NCBI RefSeq assembly: GCF_035084215.1
Contig: NW_027139581.1
Location: 3,534,001-3,598,000 of the forward strand
Reading direction: 5' to 3'
From: Heptranchias perlo
Taxonomy: Eukaryota
DNA: 64,000 nucleotides
Position 1 is the first letter of the stretch; each line of letters begins with the position of its first letter. A model generated the notes under the pieces. The model saw only the letters and a list, made by a program, of their open reading frames with translations, had not been told where the DNA came from and made no database searches. A program made the translations under genes and the position numbers. Positions 48,180 to 61,124 of the stretch are shown piece by piece.

Positions 48180-48187
48180 TATTTAAA
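48180..48187 (-). promoter_or_regulatory. TATA-like box of the VH promoter
   Basis: TTTAAATA about 75 nt upstream of the ATG. Confidence 0.6.
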
Positions 48188-51139
48188 CTGCCTGGAGCTC
48201 CGTGAGCTAAAGCCCGGGGCTGGAAATCATCCGCCTCCTTCAGCAGTAGTTTGGCTCCTCCTCTCTTTTCCTTTCTCAGCTCAACGATCTGATTTTCGAT
48301 CATCAAAAAATTAGCACCAATAATCCATTTTCTGTGCTCACCTCTCAAAACTAGATTTGCTTTGCATTGGCTAGTTATCGATCTAGATAATACAGTTAAT
48401 CCAAAACAATTTCAGTTTAAAGATAGTATATGGAGTCTGATTCTCCCACATTTTTAATCCCTATTCAGTTGGTGTCACTGAATCGAATGCAAAAGGAGAG
48501 AGGAAGTGATTATTATTGTACCAATTCTATCGGATGTTCAACAAATTTTGGGAAACTATTGCCTTTATTTTCAGGTATCAGATATCGTTTCTATGCAGTT
48601 CTTTACTTAATGTGAGCTCTCCCCATCACTCGGGCCCCTGATACTAACTTTACTATCGGTAGTGGGGTAAAGTTACTCATATTGAACGATTGTAAATTGT
48701 GAAGCAATCCACCTGTCTTTGCAGGAGATTACACAGTTTCTCCAAAACTGTCTCCCTCAGAATTAAATTCTCAAATGCCTTGCTTTCTAATGAGAATTAC
48801 CATATTGCACATTGTAAATGTCCTTAATACTGCAAAATTAAAGACTATTGAAAAGTGTGAAACAAAAAAATAAACGTAGACATTGTTTTATTAATGTTAG
48901 ATAGATTTTTAATTTTTACAAGGAAAGTGAGATTATTAGTTCACATGTTCTAGTTAAAGGTCTGATCTTTGATTCATTGTTGGATTAATCAGAGATGCAG
49001 CTGTTTTGGTTCCAGTGAACGTGACTCCCAGCGCTGGGTAGAATTCGTGTTGTGGGCAACAGTTCACTTGTTTCCAAATCTGTCTCTCTCTCTCTATTTC
49101 TCTCTATATCTGTCTCTATCTGTCTGTCTGTGTCTCTCACTCACTCACTCACACACACACACGCACACACACACACACACGTATATCTATTTCTATCGCA
49201 GAAACTGGACATGTAAATTCATTTCAAAATTTACAGCGCCTCTTCTAACTTTTGATTCCAATTACAAATCAACGGAACTGAATAATTACCAACAGATTCT
49301 GCACTATGTGCAATTTAATTACACAATCAATGGATGTATATAAACGTATTCTGTGTGTATATATTAAATATATGATATTATACATGGTACGTTCCCTGGA
49401 TATACATATATATATATATATATAATTTTTAAAAATTTAACTTGAATGCAGTGTTGGAATTACAGTCAGACCAGATCTGTTTGTAACTATATTTCACCGT
49501 CTCAGTGTTCGTTGCTGTTGTTCGCTTTGATTATACACGAACAGCTTTCAGTATTCCCGAGTCCTGTAAAGAAAGAATAATTTCATAAAATGCTTGTATT
49601 TTATCGGTTATTCTGTTCCTCATATCAATAACCGCCTGTATATTTTTGTGGAAGTAGCACATCTTCCCCAGCCTACTGCCGGATTATAGTAGGTTATGGA
49701 AAATATCAAGGCTAGAATGGTCTGTACTCGGGATTGAAAATTATTTCAATAATATCTCAAGGTTCTCACATTCTATAATCGCATTTTATGATATTGTACA
49801 GGGGGGATTTGCAGACAATTAGACTTTAGATGTTATCGCATGTAAAAGACGTGTTTTTGCTGAGTAGTTAAACCTCGTTTTGTTGAAACCCAAACTCAAG
49901 CCATATCTGTAAAACATTCCTTGGCGGGAAGTCCGTCTTACTGTCGTCAGGAAATGGCGAAAACTCACAATGTAATTTACAAGAAGCATCTGCGGGTTCT
50001 GTGGAGTAAATCAATGAGCTGTTTCCTGACAACTGACCGCAGAGCTGAAAGCCGAGTTCAACCTCCATTCATTGTGAGTAAAGCCTAAAGGTACACAGAT
50101 CTACCCAGCAACAATTGATACTGACTTCACAACGCACCCCATTGGTTATAATAAGTTGTACTGAGATCAATTTTTAAAGCCAGAATTATTGCTCATTGAT
50201 TGAGGCATTTTCATAAATTGCTGCTGTCATTACTTTTATGGCCGTGGACGGAAGTTAGCTCAGCGCTTCAGTCACCAAGCCGGGCCGAAAACCGGTACAG
50301 AAGCTATAATTATGCTCAATGAAGTTGTTAGGTAATTGATAGGTAATTGAGATGGATGGACGGACGGACCAATGGATGGATGGATTGCAGGACGGGTAGA
50401 TTTGGATCGATTTGTGGGATGTAAAAGGTGCTTATGTCCATTCACATTTTTGCATGAATTTTGTTTCCTAGACTGAGGTCGGCCCCTCATCACTGGCGCT
50501 GCCTGAATCATTCCCCCAATCCCTCCTGATTTGCAGGATAATACGGCCTCCTCCAATATCCACATCCAATTGCCTGAGTTGCTCTACCTATTCATTAAGA
50601 GAAGGCTGAGGATTTCCATCCGCTTCTTGTAACTCTAGTCTGATCAGGGCAAATCTTCATCAGAAAGAGATGAAGCGGAAATCTGACCGGGGTGAGGAGA
50701 GACAGAGTCTCAGACATGCAACATGTATCAATTTGTGTTTGACAAAAGGTCTCACAATGTCTTTATTTGAATTCACTCAATTACAACAGAAACGTGGTCG
50801 GTCTTTACAACCCTTTCTTTCTCCATGTTTCCCTTATTCCCATTTTACTGTGAGACTGGTGCAGTTAGACTGTCTGTTGAAAGGATTACTTACGAACAGC
50901 TGCCTTAATTCTTTGCCTACCTGTTTAATAAGCATATAATGTACTTCTTCCATTGCTCTCCGTCTCAAATATCCCATCTAATTCATCACAATCTATTTCC
51001 TTCAAATAAAATATAAAATTCTGTCACATCTGCTCTAAGCCTGAGTTCACTCATGAAAATAGCTCCAACTCCTTCAGCCCAGCCTGATACCTAAATACCC
51101 TGAGACTGGGTGCCATTTTATTGCCCTGGTCTGCACCTC

Positions 51140-52532
51140 CTTCGGACCATGATATTCCCCTCTATATCCATCTCTATATTTCTTCAATATTCCCCCTCTT
51201 CATTCCTCTCTATAATCTACTTTATATTCTCCTCTATATGCCCCTCTCTATTCCCTCTTTACCCCCTCTACATCACCCTCTATATCCCTCTCTAAATACC
51301 CCTCTATCTCCCCTCTCTATACCCCTCTAAATTCCTCCTCTCTAATCCTTTCCATATTATCTCGATTTCCCCTCTTTCGTCCCACCTATATTCCCCCTCT
51401 ATATGCCCCTCTATATTCCACTCTTTTTCGCCCCCTATATTCCCCTCTATATTCCCTCTATATTCCACTCTACATTCCCCTCCATTTTCCTCTCTATATC
51501 CCCCTCTATATTCCCCTCTATATTTCCCTCTATATTTCCTCTATATTCCCATCTGTATTCCCTTCTATATTCACCTCTATTTCCCCCTCTATATTCCCTC
51601 CATATTCCGCTCTACATTCCCCACATATCCCCTTCATATCTCTCTCTATATCCCTCTCTGTATCCCCCTATAAACTCTCCTCGATATCCCCCTCTCGATT
51701 TCCCCTTATACGCCCCTCTATTTCCCACTCTAAATCCCCCAATACGCCCCTCTATAAGGCCCTCTATATCCCCTCTATAATCCCCTCAATATTCCCTCAA
51801 TATTCCTCTCCCCGTTCCCCTCTGTATCCCCCTCTATTTTCCCCTCTATATCGCCCACTATATCCCATCGACATTGCCCCTCTATAATCCCCCTATATTC
51901 CCCCACGATAATCCCTTCGATATTTTCCTCTACATCACCCTCTATATCCCCCTTTATATCCCCCACTATATCCCCTCTATATTCCTCTCGATATTCCACC
52001 TCTATAATCCCCACGAAATAACCCTCTATATCCCCCTGTATATTGCCATCTATATTCCCCTCTATAATTCCCCTCTATATTCCCCTCTATCTTCCAGTCT
52101 ATATCCCCTCTATATCTCCCTCTATATTGCCATCTATTTTCCCCTCTATAATACACATCTATATTCGCTCTATATTCCCATCTATATCCCCCTTTATATT
52201 CCACTCTATATTCCCACTTTATCCCCCTCTATATTCCCTCTATTTCGCTCTCCTTATTCTCCTCTATATTCCCATTTATATGCCACTCTATATTCCCTCT
52301 ATTTCGCCTCGACATCTCCCTCAATATCCTCTGCTATATCCCCTCTACATTGTCCCCTCTATAATCCCCTCTATTTCCCCCTCTCTATATCCCCCTCTAT
52401 AATCCGCTTTATATTCCCTTCTACATTCCCCTCCATAGCCCCCTCTATATCCCCTTCTATAACCCCCTCTATATCCCCCTCTATATCCCCCTCTATGTTC
52501 CCATCTATATCCCCCTCTATATTCCCCTCCAT
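51140..52532. repeat. Degenerate ~12-bp pyrimidine-rich satellite (TATATCCCCCTC)n
   Basis: About 1.4 kb of CTCTATAT(T/C)CCC variants, almost G-free on the plus strand. Confidence 0.92.
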
Positions 52533-54237
52533 CATGTATGGGCACCAGTATGAATGCAATTCTCCAAGTATGACTTTGTCAAGAACTTGTAGAAAATTAG
52601 AAAGTGTTTTGAGTGAGTCCATAAGGGAAGACTATTTCCTCCATTTGGGGAGTCAGTGATGAGGGGTCATCAATTTAAATTGTCTATAAGAGAATGAGGA
52701 AGTGACTTGACGGTCTGGAGGTCGGAAGAGAAATAATTGGTAAAGATACTCTGGTTACAATAAGGTAGGCAAGGTTGACCGAAGCAAGGTGAATCCCGCC
52801 AAGCTGGACAACAGAGGAATGGCGTTGAAGGATGATGGTGTGATTAAGGCATGTGGATCATAGTCACTGCACTCAGTCACACCTTCATCTTTCTCCCCCT
52901 GTTGGTGTCTCTCAGAATCGTTCACTGTACTCAGTCACACCTTTATCTATCGACCTCAGTTGATGTCTCTCTGTATCACTGTACTCAATCACAGCTTGAG
53001 CTATCTCCCTCTATTGGTGTCCTTCGAGCCTGTTCCGCCACTACTGGGATCAGAAAGATGGGCTGCAATTACCGTTTCTGTCTGTAATCCTTGTATTCCT
53101 ATGTACCTATAACAGAGCATACGAATTTCAAATGTCCACTTGAAATGTTACATCCTGAAAAAAGTCAAGAGGTTTGACAAGACAGGATCTGTCCCTCTCC
53201 AAATTCCTGGGCTGACACTTCCTGGAGAATTTCGGTACAGCCTCTTCTCAATGTTGTTCTTTCTGGTCCCTTTCAATGATTCTGCTGCAATGCTGTAAAA
53301 TTAGTTTGCCGAAAGCTAACAATTTGTTTTGTCACCTTCCTTGAAATAGGTCCGACATTGGCGAGTTCTCGTTGCAGTGGAACCTCTCCTGCATTTATTC
53401 ACTCATTGATTATTACTGTCAACCATTGATAGATCTTGGCCCAGGAGTAATGGTATTGTGAAGTTGGGCCGTATCTCCGACGTTGCGGGATTTCTGCCAA
53501 CGACAAAGAGGTGACTCTTACCGCTGCCGATTTTCCGCCTCTCGAGATCATTTACAGAATTGTTGGCAGCTCTTTAACCTTTATTGTTGAGGGGGATATA
53601 GAGGGAGGGAACACTGGGGTTTGACCTTGGCCCCGCTCAAGCTTTGGAGCCTGAAGTTTACAACATTTGTCCCTGCGGATTTATCGGCTTTGAACCTATA
53701 AAGAAGGTCCATGAAAGTTAGATCAAAGTCATTGATTTGCAGAATATCTTTTTATGAGTTCGCTGCTACGAGTAGCTTTTTAGTGATTTTGTTTTCCACG
53801 AAATAATGATGACGAACCATTCCCTTTGAAATTGAGCTGCATTTCTATTAATGTCCCGGGCACGCATGCGCACGCTCACACGGGGCCGACAAAGAGCTGA
53901 CTCTCAGCGACACCGATGCAACCTTTAGAACATCCATTAGGTGCCGCGCCAGACCAAACCAAGTGATTTTCTCCCGCTGCAGCTCTCAATTCGCCGGACA
54001 GCAGGGCAGCTGAAATGTGAAACAGGAGGGAAGGGAATCTCCATCCCTCAGACACGCTTCTCTTTGTTTCAATCAGTTTGAACAGATCCCAAAAGATATT
54101 ACTGAGATTGCGGCATGTGCTTCACGTTGATCAATTTTGGTCAAGCTATTTTCTTCATAACAGTGCACCCTGCAATATCTATCAATCTGTGTATCTGTGT
54201 AATATATCCTTCACATAGACACAGACACATATAATAT

Positions 54238-54288
54238 ATAGATAGACAGATAGATAGATAGATAGAAACATAGATGGATAGATGGATG

Positions 54289-54321
<33 letters not shown>

Positions 54322-54360
54322 GTACATAGATTGATAGATGGATAGATTGACAGACGGACG
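54238..54360. repeat. (GATA)n-type microsatellite
   Basis: Runs of GATA/GACA/GATG. Confidence 0.9.
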
Positions 54361-55109
54361 GATTCTAATATAAATATAGATATATATATTTGCGAGGGTG
54401 GGAGCAGATAATAATTTTTGGTTGGACGCATACGTTTATTCTTGTCAATAGCTATCAGCAGCTGCGTGCAATTTGTAATGTATCTCCTATTATGTCGTAA
54501 TATTCGCGTTGAAAGGCTGGGGATGCAACAATCTTCCAGAGACGATTGGGGATTGAGGGGGACTATAGAGGAGGGACAGCGCTATTAGTGCTAAAATCTG
54601 TTGTGTGAAAGTTTACTAATGCACACTTGTATTGTGCTGTGCCAATTGATCGCAGTTGTTTTTATGTTAAGGATCTTTTTCCTGCAGTATTTTCTAAATA
54701 GCTAACACTGATTCTGTGAGGCAGAGCCCGGAACTGTGCACTCACAGCACCGCCGTTTGGGCTGCTGCAGGGTCCTACACCCCTCAAACTGCTCTAACTC
54801 TCATCTGGTTCAGAGGAACAACTGAAAAGAGCACAATCAAAGTGTTTGCTTTTTGTAATAGTGTGTGTGAGTGGACAACAAATATCATTCTTAATGGTTA
54901 AAAGTACATTCCACATGGATAAATTATTATCTTCACCAATTATTTTCAGCATTTTTTTTTCTGTTATTAATAAATGTCATTGCAGATCGTTTATATCTTT
55001 AACATGTTTTTATAACTCTTCGTCAGAAAACGATGTCATGCTGACCATTCTGTTACCAAGGCAAGCTTGTCCCAAGTATTCTGTTGGAAAAGTGATGAGA
55101 TCACACAAT

Positions 55110-56060
55110 GAATAGCTGAACCTATCCTAGAATCATATAATGTGCGACACTGAAGGCCGCCGTTTGGCAATAGCGGCGCTTCCTCTTCAAATGTGCCTTC
55201 GGATCTCATGTTCCTGCGATTTACGGTGTATTTTTGATATTTTTCCTCTCAAATACTTAACCAATTCACCTTCAATCGTCGAGATGGTTAAAACAATCCA
55301 GGGACCTTCTGCATGAAAAGAAATCTCCCAGCACATCCTCCTGCTCTCCTCGTGATAACACTGATCCCATACCGCGTGAATGGCCAACCAGTGGAAGCAA
55401 TCTTTTATTATTTACCCTTTGTGCTCTATGATTCTCGGATGATCTCTAAAACTGTGTTGCTGTTTGGAACATACTATCTATCAATATTTTTTCACAAAAA
55501 TGTGTTACTTCACATTTCCTTGCATTCAACAGCATTTGTCACCTCTCTCCTCTTTCTACTAACCGGCCTATGTCCTGTAATCTTCTGAATTATTTTTCAT
55601 AGCTTTGGGATTATAATTTGGAACCATCAGCAAACTGTGATAGCATTCGTCTTTTGTCGATATCCAAACCATTTGTGTAAATGTCAATAAAAACAGAAAA
55701 AGAAAAGGGGCCCGAGCACAGATCCCTACAGTCTGCCACTGACCACATCATGTGAATGCAAAAACAAAATCCAGTTACCCCTACACTTTCACTTCAGCCC
55801 CTCAGCCACCGCTCTGTCCAGATAGCCACATTCCCTTTACTACCATGTGCCTTGCTTTTTGCAAAAAGTCTCTTATGTGACACCTCAGGAAACGTCTTCT
55901 AAAAATCCATAGATAAAAACAGGCCCTTTCCCTTCATCTGTGCTCCAGTTGAAATCCTCAAGCACAACCTGTACTTGATCGATCCACGCTGTCTGTCCCT
56001 GATCAGCCCACGCCTTTCTCAGTGTTCATTAATATCATCCCGTATAATGGACTGCAGCGG
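55110..56060 (-). mobile_element. Old, highly decayed CR1 fragment
   Basis: Residual reverse-strand similarity to DFxKAFDxVxHxRL and the CR1 3' end. Confidence 0.55.
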
Positions 56061-56429
56061 TGAAATGTTCCTCTTTAATGTTCCAGGGATAGAGTATTCA
56101 CTGGGGACGGTGCATTGAGGGAACTCAACGCCTGCTACCATGGAGTCTCTCTGGTTTCTTGTCAAGTGATCATCTCAGCATCACACAAAAGTTCCTGATA
56201 TAAACCTGGAGTGTGTGATGATTTGTGCAAGTGATGGTAAAAATGAAAGTAAGATTAATAAGTGTGTAATTCTCTCACTTAATTATTTCCGTTGATGAAG
56301 GGAATGCAACACTTGCTACTATCGAGCGACTTTCGGACTATTTCTGTTTCCACAGCCTTTTTTTGACCATTACCTCCACTATTTCCCTCGCAACCTCTTC
56401 CAATTTTTTGGATGCGGAACTACAAGGGC

Positions 56430-57265
56430 CTGCTGATCCGTGGCAGACGAAATTCAACGCAGAAAGGTGTGAAGTGATACATTTCTGTGGGAAGAACTAG
56501 GAGAAGCAATATAAACTAAAGGGCACAATTCTAAAAGGAGTGCAGGAACAGAGAGATCTGGGGGTGCACAAATCGTTGAAGGTCGCAGGGCAGGTTGAGA
56601 AAGCAGGTTGATAAAGCATAGGGGATCGTGGTCTCTATAAATAGAGGCATGGAGTACAAAGGCAAGGAGGTTGTGATGAACCTTTATAAAACACTGGTTG
56701 GACCACAACTGGAATATTGGGTCCAGTTCTGGGCACTGAACTTTAGGAAGGATGTGAAGGCCTTAGAGAGGGTGCAGAAAAGATTTACTAGAATGATTCC
56801 AGGGATGAGGGACTTCAGTTACCTGCATTGACTGGAAAAGCTGCGGATGTGCTCCTGAGAGCAGAGATGGTTTAGAGGAGATTTGAGAAAGGTATTCAGA
56901 ATCATGAAGGCTCTGGAGAGAGTCGATAGAGAGAAACTGTTCCCATTGGCGGAGCGGTCAAGAATCAGAGGACATAGATTTAAGGCGATTGGCAAAAGAA
57001 CCAAAGGCGAGATGAGAAAAAACGTTTTTGACACAGCGAGTGGATGTGATCTGGAATGCACTGCCTGAGGGGGTGGTGGAGGCAGATTCAATCATGGCCT
57101 TCAAAAGGGAACTGGATAAGTACTTGAAGGGAAAAACATTTCGGGGTTATGGGCATATGGCAGGGGAGTGGGACTCGCTGGATTGCTCTTACAGACAGCC
57201 GGCACGGACTCGACGGGTCGAATGGCCTCCTTCCGTGCTGTAATCTTTCTATGATTCCATGATTA
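56430..57265 (+). mobile_element. CR1 LINE 3' fragment
   Basis: LYKTLVGPQLEYWVQFW..LERVQKRFTRMIPG; CTATGATTCCATGATT tail. Confidence 0.9.
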
Positions 57266-57869
57266 TGAACGTAGATATTGCCTTCACTTATTTGCCCTAT
57301 AACTTGTAGAAATGGACCAAAAACAATTGTTGTTTGAATTCGTTGAGACATTTGCATTTCTCTCTCTCTCTTTATTCTGGGTTGTGTTGGGGGAACATGT
57401 GGTGCTGATTTTCGGTGCTCAACACTCTAATCTGGGACTTCTATTTCTGTGATTATTTACATAAGCGCCTTTGGTTTCGGTGAAATGTTCACGGCAGCAA
57501 ACCCAGATCATCAAAGTCAGTTATTGATTTGTTTGAACTCACAAATAGGTTTTATTTTCAGAATATTGACAGTTTGGTCCGAAGAAATAGAAATGTCTCG
57601 AACAGTGGCATCAGTGGCTGTTTTGTTCAATTAGAACAGATGTTATTTGTATCAAAGGGGAACACGATTAAAATTAAGAACCCAGTTCGGCTGCAGAAAT
57701 CAGTCGAACATTCCGAAAGAGGCTGGTGTTCCTCTGGATGTCAACTTTGTGGAACTTTTAACCCATGTAAAGTAAACAGGTTAAAGCAATGACCAGAGCA
57801 ATGTTCTACAGACGCATTAATCTCTGAGCTTTTAACATATCGCAACTTGTATTTTCAAATGTTGACATT

Positions 57870-58560
57870 TAAAAAGAAAGACTTGCATTTATATAGCGCC
57901 TTTCATGACCTCCGGACGTCCCAAAGGGCTTTGCAGCCCATGAAGTACTTCTGAAGTGTGGTCACTGTTGAATGTCGGAAATACGGCAGCCAATTTGCGC
58001 ACAGCAAGATCCCACAAACAGCAATGAGATAATGAATACTGAACGAGAGGGATAGAGGGAGCAATAGAGAGAATGGGAGAGAGTGAGAAACGGAAGAAGT
58101 GGGAGAGACAGAAGGAAACAGACAGAGAGAGGGAGAGACAGGGAAAAACAGAGATGGAGAGAGAGAGAGACAGGGGGAGACAGAAAAGGGAGATAGGGGC
58201 AACAGTGAGAGAGAGAAAGAATGAGAAAGGTAGGTGGAAACAGAAAGGCAGAGGAAGAGATGGGGAAACAGTTAGGGAGAGAGCAAGATGGAGAAAGATA
58301 CAGCAGCCAATTTTTGAACAGTAAGATCCCACATGGAGCAATGAGATAAATGACCAGATGATCTGTTTCAGTGATGTTGATTTAGTGATAAACATTGGAG
58401 CAGGAGAAACCCCCTGCTCTTCTTCAAAATAGTATCATGGGATTTTTCACGTCCACCTGGGAGGACAGACAGTGCCTCAATTTATCGTCTCATCCAAAAG
58501 AATGCACTTCCGACAGTGCAGCACTCCTCCGGTACTGCACTGGATTGTCATCCAATATTG
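57870..58560 (-). mobile_element. Deu-domain SINE interrupted by a GA-rich tract (~58045-58300)
   Basis: Homologous to 38350-38780. Confidence 0.72.
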
Positions 58561-58574
58561 GGCTCAATTCTCTG

Positions 58575-59330
58575 CCTTTGGCCCATATCCCTGAACACCT
58601 TTGGTTGCCAAAAAGCTATCTATCTCAGATTTAAACTTAGCAATTGAGCTGAGATAGATTTGTCTTACACTGACCCGTTTCCTCAACTACTTCTTACAAC
58701 ATTCTAACCACTCTTTGAGTAAAGAAGTTTCCCCTGAATTCCCTATTGGATTTATTAGTGACTATCTTATATGTATGGTCCCTTGTTCTGGACTCCCCCG
58801 CAAGTGGAATCATCTTCTCCATATCTACCCTATCAAACCCTCTCATAATCTTAAAGACCTCTGTCAGGTGACCCCTCAGTCTTCTCTATTTTACAGAAGA
58901 GAGCCTCAGCCTGTTCAATTTTTCCTGAGGTTCAACCTCTCGATTGTGGTATGAGCCTAGTGAATCTTTTCTGCACCTTCTCCAGTGCCCCATAGCCTTT
59001 TTATAATATGGAGATCAGAACTGTTCATAGGACTCCAAGTGTGGTCTAACCAAGGTTCTATACAAGTTTAACATAAATTTTCTGCATTCCAATTCTACTC
59101 CTCTAGAAATGAACCCCAGTGCTTGGTTTGCTTTTTTATGGCCTTAATAACCTGCATCACTACTTTTAGTGATTTGTGTATCTTTACCCCCAGGTCCCTC
59201 TGCTCCTCTCCCCCATTTAGATTCTTATTTGCCAAGGAGTATGTGACCTCCTTATTCTTCCTATCTAAATGTACCACCTCACACTTCTCTCTATTGAAAT
59301 TCATTTGCCAATTACTCGCCCATTCTGCAG
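58575..59330 (-). mobile_element. CR1 fragment
   Basis: WASNWQMNFNREKCEVVH..EEQRDLGV. Confidence 0.82.
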
Positions 59331-59349
59331 GTTCCTGTTTTATGTCGCA

Positions 59350-59686
59350 GGAGTGCTGTCCTATCGGAGGGGCAGTCCGGATGGAGTGCTGCACTGTCGG
59401 AGGTGCCGTGTTTCTGATAAGAGTTTACCCAGCTGGGTGTAAAAGATTCCCCGGGACTATTGGAGGAAGAGATGGGAAGTTCTCCCTTGTGTCCTGGGCC
59501 CAATATTTATCCTTCCACTGCAACAGATTATCTGGTCATTTATCTCATTGCTGTTTGTGGATCCTTGCTGTGCGCAAATGACTGCCGCCTTTCCTACATT
59601 ACAACAGTTCAAAGGTACTTCTTTGTCTGCAACGCGCTTTGGGCCATCCTGAGGTCGTGACAGGCGCGATTTTACATGCAAGTCTT
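59350..59686 (+). mobile_element. Deu-domain SINE fragment
   Basis: CATTGCTGTTTGTGGATCCTTGCTGTGCGCAAAT..GCGCTTTGGGCCATCCTGAGGTCGTGA. Confidence 0.7.
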
Positions 59687-60112
59687 TATTATGGTTTGAA
59701 TGAGTTCAAACAGCCTGCATCGAGGCCATCAAAGGGCTCAGATGTTGCATTTCCACATCTATGTGGGAGAAACATAAATTAAAGAGAAAAAGACGGAAAG
59801 ACACACGCACATATGTGCTACAGACACTCCTCTCTCTCCCTTAGTGGCAATTTTACATTGGCCATTTCCGGTCACCGAGTACCTAACTGGAGGAAATTGT
59901 CTTTTTCCTAATCACCTTTTCAATGCAATTCATAATTTTAAAACTTTTGTTAAATTTCCGTTTAGGCTTATCTTCTGCAGTGGAAATAGTTGCAGATTCT
60001 AATGTATCTCCTCACACGATAGCGTGCCGTGCCTGGTATCATCCTGGTGAATCTACACTGTATATTCTGTATGGCTTTGGTGTCCTTTTTACAATGGGAC
60101 TCCCAAAACGAT

Positions 60113-60345
60113 GAAATAAAAACAGAAAATGCTGGAAATACTCAGGAGGCCAGGCAGCATCCGTGGAGAAAGAAACAGAGATAACGTTTCAGGTAGATAG
60201 ACTTCTTCCAGTTCTGACAAAAGGTTGTCGACCTGAAACGTTAACTCTGTTTCTCTCTCCACAGATGCTGCCTGACCTGCTGAGTATTTCCAGCATTTTC
60301 CGTTCATATTTCAGATTTCCAGCATTCGCAGAATTTTACTTTTGA
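60113..60345. mobile_element. Penelope-like terminal-repeat-derived inverted repeat element
   Basis: GAAAATGCTGGAAATACTCAG..CAGCATC..AACGTTTCAGGT mirrored by ACCTGAAACGTT..GATGCTG..CTGAGTATTTCCAGCATTTTC. Confidence 0.65.
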
Positions 60346-61124
60346 TTTCGCCCAAAACTATGAGATGTTTAATGTCCACCCGAACCACCAGAACAGGTAC
60401 ATAGGATGCCAGTTTAATGGGCTATTCGAGTAACCGCACCTCCGTCTATGCAGCTTTAATAATGAGTGCTCTAAGTTCTAGGTCAGAAAGTTGACATCAG
60501 CCCAGAACCTCTGATGCGGAGATCATAGTGGTAACTACTGATGGTCACACAAAGAGCCAAACTCAAGTTACTTTATTTTTGTCGGTATCATAGAATCTGC
60601 CAATTTACAGCAGGGAGGCAGGTCCTGTTTGGTGCTACTGGCTGTTCACCTGGAATTGTTTACTGCAATCCCATTTTTCTGCCCTTTCCCTATATCATTT
60701 TTATAGCCTCCATTTTTAAAAGCCTCTCAATTTCTGTGTGGCCATTCCCGTGCCTCCCTAACTGTTTCTCAATGTATTCATGTATCTCCTTTACCCATCA
60801 CTATTTCTGTGTCACCTCTGTCTTTCGTTCTTTCTATCCATCTATTTCTTTCTTTCTGTCTTTCTTTCTTTAATTGGTGTTTTATTCTCGACTCAGTATC
60901 CACTCTTGGCAAAGCGTTTTACTTTATGATTAACCTTCTTTACCAACAGATTTTTTTCTGTCCCCTGTTCTTCCAGTGACAATCTTCAGCCGATCTCCCC
61001 TTTCACTGAATGTGTTAAAACCAAGTTCATATTTTATTCTTTAAACTGAAATGGAGGTAAATACAGTTTTGAACTATAATGGAGATATTCCGGTTATCGA
61101 GCTGTTCGGGTCAGCCCGCCCACA

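Noticed and set aside
51110-52659. Pro/Leu/Tyr/Ile-rich ORFs up to 261 aa
   Set aside because: Translations of a low-complexity satellite
59833-59851. Reverse CTCF-like motif that would form a convergent pair with 26969
   Set aside because: Mismatches at core positions (CCACTAAGGGAG versus CCACTAGRKGGC); too weak
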